Counted from the stretch's first letter, positions 28,682 through 38,003 are shown. The stretch is DNA of 64,000 nt from an uncultured bacterium (GCA_938003875.1 CALKWO010000337.1:6105-70104), one strand, 5' to 3'. Notes: generated by a model not told the origin, from the sequence alone. Made by a program: numbers and translations.

Positions 28682-28846
28682 CCCAGGGCAATGCCCCATC
28701 GCTGTTAAGTTAAGATTGTAGCCGCAGGGTTGCGCCGAAAAAGTCATGTCTGCTCAAAAGTCTAACGCCAGCGCAATCCCTGCGTCTTTTGTCAATACAG
28801 CGTTGGGGCAACGCCCTGGGCTTGGTATATATAGGCCTTTCAGGCC
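28682..28846. repeat. Composite nested palindrome: family C arm / family A unit / family C arm
   Basis: cccagggcaatgccccatcgctgt (28682) is an inverted repeat of acagcgttggggcaacgccctggg (28797) and encloses the family A unit 28716-28791. Confidence 0.85.
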
Positions 28847-28851
28847 AAAGA

Positions 28852-29397
28852 TTAAAAGATTTTCAGCAAACAGGGTGCTGCCTGGGGGATAACGATTTTT
28901 TCCAGAAGATTCTGTTTGGGAATCGCTCTGGCAGCAGATAGCATCGCACTTTCTACTTCCCCGATTTCGCCTTCCAGAATAAAATACGCTTTTCCCCCAA
29001 TACCTCTGGCTAATTCTATTTGAATGAGATTTACCTTGCTTGTTTTTAAAGCATAATCAAGAGATACAATACAAGAAGCGCAAGTCTTTGTTTCTATAAT
29101 TCCTAGAGCTTCCACTTCTTGTGGGATCACTTTTTCTTTCAGGCAAGGCAAAATTTCAGGGTGGATATTAGGCAATAAAAAAGAATCCACCAGAGAAGCT
29201 GAGGCTGTTTCTTTCCCTGCGGCAAAGGCACTTTTTACTTCTTCTACTTCTCCACCAAAGGCAATAAGGTATTTTCCAGTGCTTACAGGGTAAGAAAAAT
29301 GGATTTCTATTGTCGCTTTTTTTAACAAAGCATCTACAACCTGGATGCCTTTGGCAATGCTACTTAGTTCTAAAAAACCTACACAAGGATGTTTCAT
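28852..29397 (-). CDS. BMC-T shell protein (PduT-like tandem BMC domain)
   Basis: GFLELSSIAKGI..DALLK...GKY; second domain ALGIIET...GIGGKAY..GE.GEV. Confidence 0.9.
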   Translation of the reverse strand: MKHPCVGFLELSSIAKGIQVVDALLKKATIEIHFSYPVSTGKYLIAFGGEVEEVKSAFAAGKETASASLVDSFLLPNIHPEILPCLKEKVIPQEVEALGIIETKTCASCIVSLDYALKTSKVNLIQIELARGIGGKAYFILEGEIGEVESAMLSAARAIPKQNLLEKIVIPQAAPCLLKIF

Positions 29398-29406
29398 GAT
29401 ACTTTC

Positions 29407-30045
29407 CTAGCTTCGTTCTACAGTTGTGTTGGGGACTCCCTTGATAGAACTCAATGCAGACAGAGCAGCTTTGGATGCTTCATGAATGGCACTCTCTGTT
29501 CCTCCAAGATATAGACGACCAAAAGCACCAATAGGCTGAATATCGATCAAGGAAATAGGAGATGCTTTTTCTGCTTCATTGGCTGCATACACAGAATATA
29601 CAGCAGGCTGTACTTCCAGAATAAAGAGAGTTTGCCCAGGAATCAGAAGAGCTCCTTTTCGGAAACGATTGATAATCATACATTGATAAGGATCAATGCC
29701 CGTGATAATCTCTGAAGACACGACTTTTGGCATCACCCTGTCTTCTTCTTTTTTTTCAATGAATCTTAGAATTTGCTCACCTGCTGACTGAACCTCATCC
29801 TGCTTTGCGCCATGCACTTCCAATACACCAAAGGCACGCTCTACAACCTGCAAAGCAGGTTTGACATCTGCACCCTTTTGGGCTATATCCGTAATTCTGT
29901 TGATTGCCATACCTGGGGCGACTTCCACCCAGAGAGCGGCTTCGTGAGGAATAGGGAGATAGCCTTTGACTGTCGCAGCCGTATAGGATGCCAGTTGTGG
30001 CTGATAATCATCAAGAAAAATATAGGTTCTTAACTGTATATTCAT
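29407..30045 (-). CDS. BMC-T shell protein, circularly permuted stacked-trimer type (CcmP/CsoS1D-like)
   Basis: LRTYIFLD..QPQLA, VEVAPG, VVERAFGVLEVH, ANEAEKA, GAFGRLYLGG. Confidence 0.92.
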   Translation of the reverse strand: MNIQLRTYIFLDDYQPQLASYTAATVKGYLPIPHEAALWVEVAPGMAINRITDIAQKGADVKPALQVVERAFGVLEVHGAKQDEVQSAGEQILRFIEKKEEDRVMPKVVSSEIITGIDPYQCMIINRFRKGALLIPGQTLFILEVQPAVYSVYAANEAEKASPISLIDIQPIGAFGRLYLGGTESAIHEASKAALSALSSIKGVPNTTVERS

Positions 30046-30057
30046 AAATTTTATAAA

Positions 30058-30076
30058 TACCCTGCTATGCAGGGTA
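30058..30076 (-). terminator. Intra-operon hairpin after the BMC-H gene
   Basis: TACCCTGC-tat-GCAGGGTA, followed on the minus strand by an AT-rich tract. Confidence 0.55.
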
Positions 30077-30122
30077 GAAAAGGATTAAAAAGAAATGAAA
30101 AGGTTTAAAAAAGAAAAACATT

Positions 30123-30425
30123 CTACTCTGAAGCTTCTCTTTTCCAATTATCATTTTTGGGTAAAATCTGTTCCACTTCACTGTGAGGTCTTGGAATGAC
30201 ATGGACAGAAACCAGCTCACCTACTCTTTTGGCAGCAGTAGCACCAGCGTCTGTAGCAGCTTTGACTGCTCCTACTTCGCCTCGTACCATAACAGTGACG
30301 TATCCACCGCCAATTTTTTCCATACCAAGCAAAGTGACCTTCGCTGCTTTTACCATAGCATCAGCAGCCTCTACACATCCAACAAGACCTCTGGTTTCAA
30401 TCATTCCTAATGCAATTTTACTCAT
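30123..30425 (-). CDS. BMC-H hexameric shell protein (EutM/PduA/CcmK family)
   Basis: [57 protein letters not shown]. Confidence 0.97.
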   Translation of the reverse strand: MSKIALGMIETRGLVGCVEAADAMVKAAKVTLLGMEKIGGGYVTVMVRGEVGAVKAATDAGATAAKRVGELVSVHVIPRPHSEVEQILPKNDNWKREASE

Positions 30426-30470
30426 TTTTAAAACTCCTTTATTATGAAATTGAGAAAGCTATTATAAATC

Positions 30471-32081
30471 TTACGGCCATCGTAGCTGGCGGATTTTTTC
30501 TTTAAAAACAGGAACATGATATTCATTCACTGACCATACATTGGTATTTTTAGAAGAAATGCTGCCAGTTTTTTCTTCTTTCGGTTGAGGTGATTTTATT
30601 TCCTGAACAGGAAAAGCTGGCATTTTGCGATCTTCTGAAGAATGCCTCAAGACAGGCACATCTTGTTCTGAAATTTCTAGTTTAGCCATTTGTGGATTGA
30701 CAGAACGGCCCTTGTCCCATAAAGGGAAATCTTTACGGATTGCTGCAACTCGTTTGATATTGAAGAGATGGTGAGCAGAAATATTGTCTGTTGTTATATT
30801 CTTTCCAAAGGTTCCGCAGCCTAAAGTCATCGAAGGTACAAGTCCTGTCGTAAGACCTACGCCTCCCTGAGCACTGGGGGTGTTTACCAGAATGCGGGAA
30901 ACATTTTTTTGTAAGCCAAATTCCATAATGATATCGGGGTTGGTAGCATGTACGACTAAAGTATGCCCCATGCCTTCAAACGAGAGCAATTCCACACAAA
31001 TCGAGCAGGCATCTTCCCATCCCTTCGCTTCATAAAAAGCAAGAACAGGACAAAGCTTTTCTTTGGAAAGAGGGTATTTTTCTCCTACTCCCTGGACTGG
31101 TGCAATCAAAACAGTGGTTTCTACAGGAATTTCCAGGCCTGCTTTTCGCGCAATCTGATATGCTGGCTGGCCTACAATATCTGCATTCATGCGATTGTTC
31201 TGAATCACGATATTCGAGACTTTCTCCACCTCTTGGGGAGACAATATATAGGCTTTATGCTTTTGGAATTCCTGAAGTACCTTTTCTTTAACAGGTAAAT
31301 CTACAACAACAGATTGCTCTGAAGAACAGATCGTTCCAAAATCGAATGTCTGGCTTTCCACAAGACAACGCACAGCATGAGCAACATTTGCCGAGCGATC
31401 TATGTAGGCAGGGCTATTTCCCTGTCCTACGCCCAAAGCAGGCTTTCCTGATTTATAAGCTGCTTCCACAAGGCCTGGACCACCTGTTGCGAGAATCAAG
31501 TCTACATCAGGGTGTTTCATAAGCTCCTGGGTTACAGCCAGGCTAACGTGGGTGACACATTCTATACATCCTTCTGGTGCTCCTGCTTTAATGGCTGCCT
31601 CTTTCATGATTTTAGCAGCTTCTGCTGTACATCGTATAGCTTTGGGATGCGGTGCAAAAACGATACTATTGCGGGCTTTCAGAGCGATCAAGGATTTAAA
31701 AAGAGTAGTGGATGTAGGGTTGGTAGTAGGAATAACCGCAGCGATAACGCCAACAGGCTCTGCAATTTCGTAGCAATTTTGCTTTTCATCATGCCTCAAA
31801 ACACCACAAGTTTTTAAGTTTCGCAAAGAATCGCAAACATTCTTTACTGCAAATCTGTTTTTTGCAATTTTGCTTTCCACCCTGCCCATTCCAGTCTCTC
31901 CACAAGCCAATCTAGCTAAATGCTCACAAGAACCCAATCCCGCTTTTTCCATACTATCTATGATTCTGTCGATCTCTTCTTGCGAACATAATGCAAGCCT
32001 CTCCTGGGCACTTTTGGCTTTTTTGACCAGGCTATGGACTTCTTCTATTCCTGCAAAATCTTTTATGTCTGTCATAAACAT
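30471..32081 (-). CDS. CoA-acylating aldehyde dehydrogenase (EutE/PduP/AdhE-N type) with C-terminal extension
   Basis: P.TNPTST, PHP, ATGG, GVGQGN, catalytic ICSSEQ, EKLCP, GHT, SMTLGCG. Confidence 0.93.
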   Translation of the reverse strand: MFMTDIKDFAGIEEVHSLVKKAKSAQERLALCSQEEIDRIIDSMEKAGLGSCEHLARLACGETGMGRVESKIAKNRFAVKNVCDSLRNLKTCGVLRHDEKQNCYEIAEPVGVIAAVIPTTNPTSTTLFKSLIALKARNSIVFAPHPKAIRCTAEAAKIMKEAAIKAGAPEGCIECVTHVSLAVTQELMKHPDVDLILATGGPGLVEAAYKSGKPALGVGQGNSPAYIDRSANVAHAVRCLVESQTFDFGTICSSEQSVVVDLPVKEKVLQEFQKHKAYILSPQEVEKVSNIVIQNNRMNADIVGQPAYQIARKAGLEIPVETTVLIAPVQGVGEKYPLSKEKLCPVLAFYEAKGWEDACSICVELLSFEGMGHTLVVHATNPDIIMEFGLQKNVSRILVNTPSAQGGVGLTTGLVPSMTLGCGTFGKNITTDNISAHHLFNIKRVAAIRKDFPLWDKGRSVNPQMAKLEISEQDVPVLRHSSEDRKMPAFPVQEIKSPQPKEEKTGSISSKNTNVWSVNEYHVPVFKEKIRQLRWP

Positions 32082-32193
32082 ATTCTCTCAAAGGGAAAAT
32101 TTTGTCGATGAAGAGACAAAAGTAACAAAATTTTTAATAAATTACAACAAAATTTTTTCAGACTTATTTTAATCAAAATCAGGTTGTATAACT

Positions 32194-33516
32194 TTAGCAC
32201 ATGGGATGCCAGTATGGGAGAACAACAGGTGGTTTTTGGAAATTTTCTAGTGCTTCGTTTTCAAGATATTTTTTGGGAACGATGATTTCGTATACATATT
32301 CATTGAACCACTCGTCGGACATGATAAAATAGCCCTTTTTGCCATAGTCCGTGCCCCAGCTATTCTCTACTTTCCATTTGATTGGCCTATCGTCTACGAT
32401 ATCCACTCCTGTCAGAAGCATGGAATGCGAGAGTTTTCCTTCGCCATATTCTAGCCTGGTGCCTTTATCTAAGAGGTCAAAACGACTTTGGAAGACAAGA
32501 CCGTAATCATACAACCCTTTATAAAGGATTCCTTCTTTGCGATGGGATTCCTGCCCTACGTCACAGCTAAACAAACAGACATCGCCCTGGAGAATCATCT
32601 TCAAGGCATATTTTTTCAATTCTGCCATAGGCAAATTCAGGCTAGTCATGGGTATACCATCCACCATCGTCTGGGCATGAGCGATTGTGTATGTCTGGTT
32701 ATAGGGCATACTGGCTAAAGGGCCATTCCATACAGTAAAAGTTTCATGGAGGTCAATGCCGATGGCCTTTTCATAGAATTCTTTGGGCGTGATATTGGAC
32801 ATTCGATGAAAATTTTTGTTTTTATCGCGATAGCTCCACTCAAAGCGTTCTGGGGGTAGGCCTAAGGTAATTGCTAGAATGCGATAGATTTCTGCATTGT
32901 ATTCCAGGCACTTTTCCTGAAGCTGCTCTTTGCTAAAGCCTTTTTGGTAAAGAGAACGAAGCTCGAAAGCATACTGTCTTAGCTTGGTGGAAAGAATTAT
33001 GTTCATTCTGGTGGATTCTTCCGTATATTTAGTATCAGGCATAGCCGATTTGGGAAGAATACCATATTTTTTGATTAAATTGCAAAAATGGAACCAGGAA
33101 CCTCCATCGTCATGGGGTTTATTGAGAAATGTCCATACAAGCCGATCTTCCAAAGGAAGGTCAAGGAATTCTATCATTTTTTGCAGAAAATAATTGCATT
33201 TTTCCAGCTTATCCCAGAAAACAAGATAGGGTCCAGCGAATTCTACGTTTTCGACATTCAGCTTTCTTTGTGCCATTTCACGACACCAGTTGAAAGCTGC
33301 ATACATCCAGCATATCCCTAATTTTTTCTGCGCTGTTGCTTCTGCTGCTGTTTCCAGCTCATGAGAGAAACAAAAGTTGATGGTTTCTGATATAGTTCGA
33401 TTTACAGCTAAATCCTGAATCTCTACTCGCGTTGCAGCATTCATGGCAATCTTATTGAGAGGATTATTCTGGAAATTTTTTTTTAAATCTTCTAATTTTT
33501 GGTATGTTAATTCCAT
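32194..33516 (-). CDS. pepC: Aminopeptidase C / bleomycin hydrolase (C1B)
   Basis: Q...GICW, FWDKLEK, DGGSW, SHSMLLTGV, WKVENSWG. Start at ATG 33516. Confidence 0.9.
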   Translation of the reverse strand: MELTYQKLEDLKKNFQNNPLNKIAMNAATRVEIQDLAVNRTISETINFCFSHELETAAEATAQKKLGICWMYAAFNWCREMAQRKLNVENVEFAGPYLVFWDKLEKCNYFLQKMIEFLDLPLEDRLVWTFLNKPHDDGGSWFHFCNLIKKYGILPKSAMPDTKYTEESTRMNIILSTKLRQYAFELRSLYQKGFSKEQLQEKCLEYNAEIYRILAITLGLPPERFEWSYRDKNKNFHRMSNITPKEFYEKAIGIDLHETFTVWNGPLASMPYNQTYTIAHAQTMVDGIPMTSLNLPMAELKKYALKMILQGDVCLFSCDVGQESHRKEGILYKGLYDYGLVFQSRFDLLDKGTRLEYGEGKLSHSMLLTGVDIVDDRPIKWKVENSWGTDYGKKGYFIMSDEWFNEYVYEIIVPKKYLENEALENFQKPPVVLPYWHPMC

Positions 33517-33535
33517 GGTAAAACCTTGAGATTCA

Positions 33536-33559
33536 CGTGACGGATTGCAATCCGTCACG
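33536..33559. repeat. Perfect 24-bp palindrome CGTGACGGATTGCAATCCGTCACG
   Basis: The sequence is its own reverse complement; it lies ~20 bp upstream of the pepC start. Confidence 0.9.
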
Positions 33560-33608
33560 ATTTTGAATTATTCGATATATATTGCTTGATAAAAAAAATG
33601 CAATCTTG

Positions 33609-34565
33609 CTATCCTCTTTGGATGAGATAGAAGGTATAACCTGCATAGCCTAAAAGGAAAAGGATTGCTTCCCAACGGTCCAGGCATCTTTTTTTACCTG
33701 TGAACATAAATACAAAAAGGAAAAAAGATGCTGCTACCAATACATAAATATCCATATTCAGGGCAGTATCAAAAGGCAGAGGGCGAATGATAGCACTAAG
33801 CCCTAATATCCAGAAAATATTGAAGATATTGGAGCCAACTACATTTCCCATCGCAATACCACTTTTGCCTTTGTAGGCGGCTACTGCAGATGTCACAAGC
33901 TCAGGTAAGGAAGTTCCTATAGCTACAATGGTCAAGCCGATCAATTGTTCACTTACCCCTACAAGTCTTGCTATTTCTACAGAGCTATCTACAGCCATCT
34001 TGCCACCAACAACCAGGCCTGCGAGACCTAAGAGGATATATACCATCATTCTACTATTGCTGATTTTGGGAATTTCTGGCTTATGGGGTAACTCAATTTT
34101 TGTAAGACCATAGATGTAAACCAGGAAGGCTACAAAAAATCCTATCAGGATAAAACCTTCCGTAGAAGAAAGCATCAAAGGGTCTGTGGTTGGTCGGAAA
34201 AAGTTATTGCAAAGCAAAAGCAGAACAACAGCACTGAGAAGGGAAAAGGGTATTTCTTTCCAGACCGTGTTTTTGGCTGTCTTTATAGGACAGATCACAC
34301 CAGCAACACCAAGAATAAGCAAAACATTCATGATGTTGCTTCCTATAATATTTCCAAAAACGATCCCTGTGTTGGCATTGTAGCTGGCAAAAATATTAAC
34401 GACCAGCTCAGGTAAAGAGGTTCCAAAAGCTACTAGCGTTAGTCCAATCACGATTTCCGAAACTTTCATCTTCAGAGCAAGGGCGGAAGCACCATCCACA
34501 AACCAATCTGCTCCCTTAACAAGCAAGAGAAAGCCAGCGATAAGTATAAGAATCTGTATTAACAC
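33609..34565 (-). CDS. Calcium/sodium antiporter (YrbG/CaCA family)
   Basis: Duplicated alpha-repeats GTSLPEL...GNIIGSN / GNVVGSN; ~10 TM segments. Confidence 0.92.
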   Translation of the reverse strand: MLIQILILIAGFLLLVKGADWFVDGASALALKMKVSEIVIGLTLVAFGTSLPELVVNIFASYNANTGIVFGNIIGSNIMNVLLILGVAGVICPIKTAKNTVWKEIPFSLLSAVVLLLLCNNFFRPTTDPLMLSSTEGFILIGFFVAFLVYIYGLTKIELPHKPEIPKISNSRMMVYILLGLAGLVVGGKMAVDSSVEIARLVGVSEQLIGLTIVAIGTSLPELVTSAVAAYKGKSGIAMGNVVGSNIFNIFWILGLSAIIRPLPFDTALNMDIYVLVAASFFLFVFMFTGKKRCLDRWEAILFLLGYAGYTFYLIQRG

Positions 34566-34590
34566 AAATTTCTCCTCATTGAAAAATAGT

Positions 34591-35574
34591 TTAATCTATA
34601 CTGACTAAAGCCTTGATATATTGGAGATGTTCGTATATCTCAGGCTGTTGACTCTGGCACTGGCTAAGTTTTCCTCGGACGCTGTCCAGGTTTTCTATCT
34701 GGTGCTTTTTCATCCAGTCCTCTATGCCTAGCTTGACTTTTTCAATTTGTTTAAGCTGATTCAAATATAGGGAAGAACAAAGCTGGACGACTTTTGCGCC
34801 TGCCAGAATTTGTTTTATCGCATCCGCTGCCTCGTGGACGCCTGTGGATGCTGCGATATCACAAGGAACTTTGCCTGCCAGAATGGAAATGAAGCGCAAA
34901 GCGAGATTGAGTTCTAATGATGAGCTAAAGCGATGTCCTGCTATAATTTCCATTTTATCTATGTCAATATCCATCTGGTAAAAACGATTGAATAAAACCA
35001 GAGCGTTCGCTCCCTGTGCCGCCAATTTTTGAGCGAGATTGGCAAGAGAAGAAAAATAAGGCCCAATTTTTACGGCAACAGGAATAGAGATAGCCGATTT
35101 TACTTCCTGAAGAATTTCAAGATGCAATTTTTCTACTTCTTGTCCTGTGTGTTTTGGGTCACAGGGAATAGCAGAAATATTGACTTCCATAGCGTCCGCA
35201 CCAGCCCCGACGATTTGTTTGGCATAGCCGACCCACCATTTGGAAGAAACACAATTCAAGCTGGCTATAACAGGTATATTCGTATATTTTTTTGCATTTT
35301 CGATTAATTTCAGATATTCAGACGGTCCCAACTCCATGCTCAATTTGCTGACATAGTCGAAAGCTTCTGTGTGAGAGGACATCCAGAGATGATCCTGCAC
35401 GGCGTTGGAATCTGCCTGAATTTGTTCTTCAAATAAAGACTTCAAAACAATGGCACCTGGTCCAAAATCAGCACAGCGTTGTAGTCTTTCTTCTGTTTTT
35501 GTCAAACTACAGCTTCCAACCAGAACAGGATTCTGGAGCTTCAGTCCCATATAAGTGGTAGAAAGATCAACCAT
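34591..35574 (-). CDS. Dihydroorotate dehydrogenase-like FMN protein
   Basis: LSTTYMGLKLQNP, KSLFEEQI, IPVAVKIGPYFS, LVLFNRF. Confidence 0.88.
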   Translation of the reverse strand: MVDLSTTYMGLKLQNPVLVGSCSLTKTEERLQRCADFGPGAIVLKSLFEEQIQADSNAVQDHLWMSSHTEAFDYVSKLSMELGPSEYLKLIENAKKYTNIPVIASLNCVSSKWWVGYAKQIVGAGADAMEVNISAIPCDPKHTGQEVEKLHLEILQEVKSAISIPVAVKIGPYFSSLANLAQKLAAQGANALVLFNRFYQMDIDIDKMEIIAGHRFSSSLELNLALRFISILAGKVPCDIAASTGVHEAADAIKQILAGAKVVQLCSSLYLNQLKQIEKVKLGIEDWMKKHQIENLDSVRGKLSQCQSQQPEIYEHLQYIKALVSID

Positions 35575-35609
35575 TCATAAATCCTTTCGTAATGAATCTC
35601 AAAAAATGC

Positions 35610-37760
35610 CTATATCATCCCAGCTTTATAAAAGCAAAATATCGAGCTGGTAAAAAGAATAGCCGCAAAAATCAGTTTAAAAAGATAGACATAGCATTGA
35701 TGAACCTGCCCATCCACATATAGCGTCTTGATTTCAAGATATGGCATAGGAGCCCGTCTGTACCAGCCTTCTGCTGTTATTTTTTTGCCAATGAATTTTT
35801 CTGTTTTCATAAGGGCAAAGAAAAATTCTATGATGCTTAGGGGCTGACGATAGTCCAAAAACAGTATACCTGTTGAATCCTCTATGACTATATCCTCGGA
35901 AAGCAGATACCCTGGAACTCCACGTCCAATCACCTTTCCAGTGATGGTTGCTGGTATAGGGCGAATTTGCGATACCTTGACCTTGGAAAGAAGGCTGGAT
36001 ATTTTCATATCAGGAAAAATTTTCCCTCTGTAAGAAAAAAGCACCTGAAATAAATAGGCAACTCCATAAAGGAGCAGAAAAAAGGCAGTCATTCTCCACC
36101 CATTTTGTCTTCTCCAATTATGATAGATCGCATGATAGGCTATATAGGAACAGAATCCGAGGATGCAGCCCATGGGAAGCAAATAGAAAAAAACATCCAC
36201 AAGAAAATCGTCCCAATAGCTTTCTGGTTTTCGGCGATTGAAAATAATATAGGGTTCCTGATTGAGTGTCGCAGCATGGTCTGTCAGAGCATTGATCCTT
36301 TTGGCTGGCAAGGGATGCGTGGAATGTATCTCATAATAAGATGCCCAGGGATTCCATAAATCCCACTGCATGGCAGAAGCAATCTCTTCCTTGTGTTCTG
36401 TATCTTTATATTTCATACAAGAATAAGCATTGACTGCCAGGGCGCAGGCTGCTTTTCTATCGAAGATGCTGAGAGCTTTGAGTGCTTCCATATTGTCCGA
36501 TGTGTCGCTCTCTTTTCCCTCTGTATTTTCCTCTTTTTTCTTGTTTTTAGGATTGACCAGACCATAAGCTATTTTTACAAGGGCACTGGCTAAAGAATTG
36601 GGTTTTTGCGTAACATCGCCAGCAAAACGATCTGCCCAATACTCTCTCGTGCGAGATAGCCAGAGTACTATGTATTCAGAAATAATATAAAGAACATAAG
36701 AAAGCATGCTAAGAACAACAGCACCAAGCTTTGCTCTTCCATCGCCCCTGCCTCTGGTACATTCTATCAAAACTCTGTACAGGTAATACAAAAGAATCGG
36801 TACAATAGATGCCAGAGTCATCACCAATATGTCCCAGTGGCAGGCATGGCCTAATTCATGAGCGACGACAGCTTCGACTTCATCAGCATCAAGATATTCC
36901 AGAATTCCTCTGCTAATGACGATCCTGGCATTTCCAGGGGTATGTCCATAGGTAAAAGCATTGGGATTGGAATCTTCGATAATTCCTATTCTGGGGACAC
37001 GGATTTTGTTTTCTTTGCAGACACGAACCAAAAATTGAGATAAATGTTCTGGCAGCTTCGATAGCTCCACCCACTCCATCTTATACATCCAGCTAAGGCT
37101 TAAATCCAGAATAAAGGGAGAAAGCAAATACTGAATAAAAACAATTCCAATGGACAAAAACACGGTGAAATTCAATGACCATTGTAAAAAATGGCCTATT
37201 AGAAGTAGCATAAAAGCAAGGAAACCATACAAAAGCACAAAGGAAACACAAGATCGCATAGTAAGGCTTGGCAGGCTTGCTATCCCTGCTCTCAATGCGC
37301 TGAGTCTTTGCTTTTTTAGATGGGCGGCTTTTGCTTCCTCCCACCTGGCTTCGTTGGATTCATCTTTTTCCGCATAGAAAATACCATGCTTATCCCTGGC
37401 AACTTCCATTTCTATTCTGGTGTTCTTGCTGTCTAGATCCATAGCCTCTTTCAATTCGCCGTTGTCAAACCATATTCCGTGACAGGTAGGGCATTGATCC
37501 ACAAGGAGAGCAGGAGAAATCAGACCGCCTTCTATCATTTTGGTGTTTTCTGGGCAACAAGGACATTTTCTATCCCCCTGATGTGCAGAAATTAGCCCAT
37601 CCTTAAGTGCTTTGTGCATGACTTTAGGGCTTTTCGTGAAAAAATAGATTTCTCCCTGATCCAGCCATATTCCCTTGCAAAGTGGACAATAGTCTACGAT
37701 TACCCCTTGTTGGGTATGTACTTTTTTTAAAGGATGAGAAATGCATTTGGGGCAGTCCAT
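35610..37760 (-). CDS. HtpX-like M48 zinc metalloprotease with N-terminal TFIIB-type Zn ribbons
   Basis: CPKC..CPLCKGIWLD and CPCC..CPTCHGIWFD; PNAFTYG, HELGH, SRTRE..AD, STHP. Confidence 0.88.
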   Translation of the reverse strand: MDCPKCISHPLKKVHTQQGVIVDYCPLCKGIWLDQGEIYFFTKSPKVMHKALKDGLISAHQGDRKCPCCPENTKMIEGGLISPALLVDQCPTCHGIWFDNGELKEAMDLDSKNTRIEMEVARDKHGIFYAEKDESNEARWEEAKAAHLKKQRLSALRAGIASLPSLTMRSCVSFVLLYGFLAFMLLLIGHFLQWSLNFTVFLSIGIVFIQYLLSPFILDLSLSWMYKMEWVELSKLPEHLSQFLVRVCKENKIRVPRIGIIEDSNPNAFTYGHTPGNARIVISRGILEYLDADEVEAVVAHELGHACHWDILVMTLASIVPILLYYLYRVLIECTRGRGDGRAKLGAVVLSMLSYVLYIISEYIVLWLSRTREYWADRFAGDVTQKPNSLASALVKIAYGLVNPKNKKKEENTEGKESDTSDNMEALKALSIFDRKAACALAVNAYSCMKYKDTEHKEEIASAMQWDLWNPWASYYEIHSTHPLPAKRINALTDHAATLNQEPYIIFNRRKPESYWDDFLVDVFFYLLPMGCILGFCSYIAYHAIYHNWRRQNGWRMTAFFLLLYGVAYLFQVLFSYRGKIFPDMKISSLLSKVKVSQIRPIPATITGKVIGRGVPGYLLSEDIVIEDSTGILFLDYRQPLSIIEFFFALMKTEKFIGKKITAEGWYRRAPMPYLEIKTLYVDGQVHQCYVYLFKLIFAAILFTSSIFCFYKAGMI

Positions 37761-37769
37761 AAATTTTCC

Positions 37770-37982
37770 TTAACTCTTATCGCTATCAATTTTATCGAAA
37801 AGTTCAAACAGGCTTAAAATACCAAACCAACCAGAAGAGATCAGAACAACCCCAGAACTCCACCAGAGGTACTCATTTTTGATAAAAAATCCCGATGCCA
37901 TCAATATCAATCCAACGAATAGAAAAATAGAAAATTTGTGCCAGCGTCTAAGCCTACCTCTACCTGCTGTATTTGTTTCCAT
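37770..37982 (-). CDS. Small 2-TM membrane protein
   Basis: AAGGAG RBS, two hydrophobic helices, in line with neighbouring genes. Confidence 0.6.
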   Translation of the reverse strand: METNTAGRGRLRRWHKFSIFLFVGLILMASGFFIKNEYLWWSSGVVLISSGWFGILSLFELFDKIDSDKS

Positions 37983-38003
37983 GACATATTCTCCTTTGAT
38001 TAG

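Noticed and set aside
28673..28747. N-terminal extensions of ORFs 27215-28747, 10908-13688, 13835-15973 and 32194-33558
   Set aside because: The extensions read through non-coding repeats; downstream ATGs give sensible domain starts.
28760..28766. GTCTAAC/GCCTAAC (attC R''-like) inside family A loops
   Set aside because: No matching GTTRRRY at a symmetric position, and the motif is mutated in the 1018 copy; probably coincidental.
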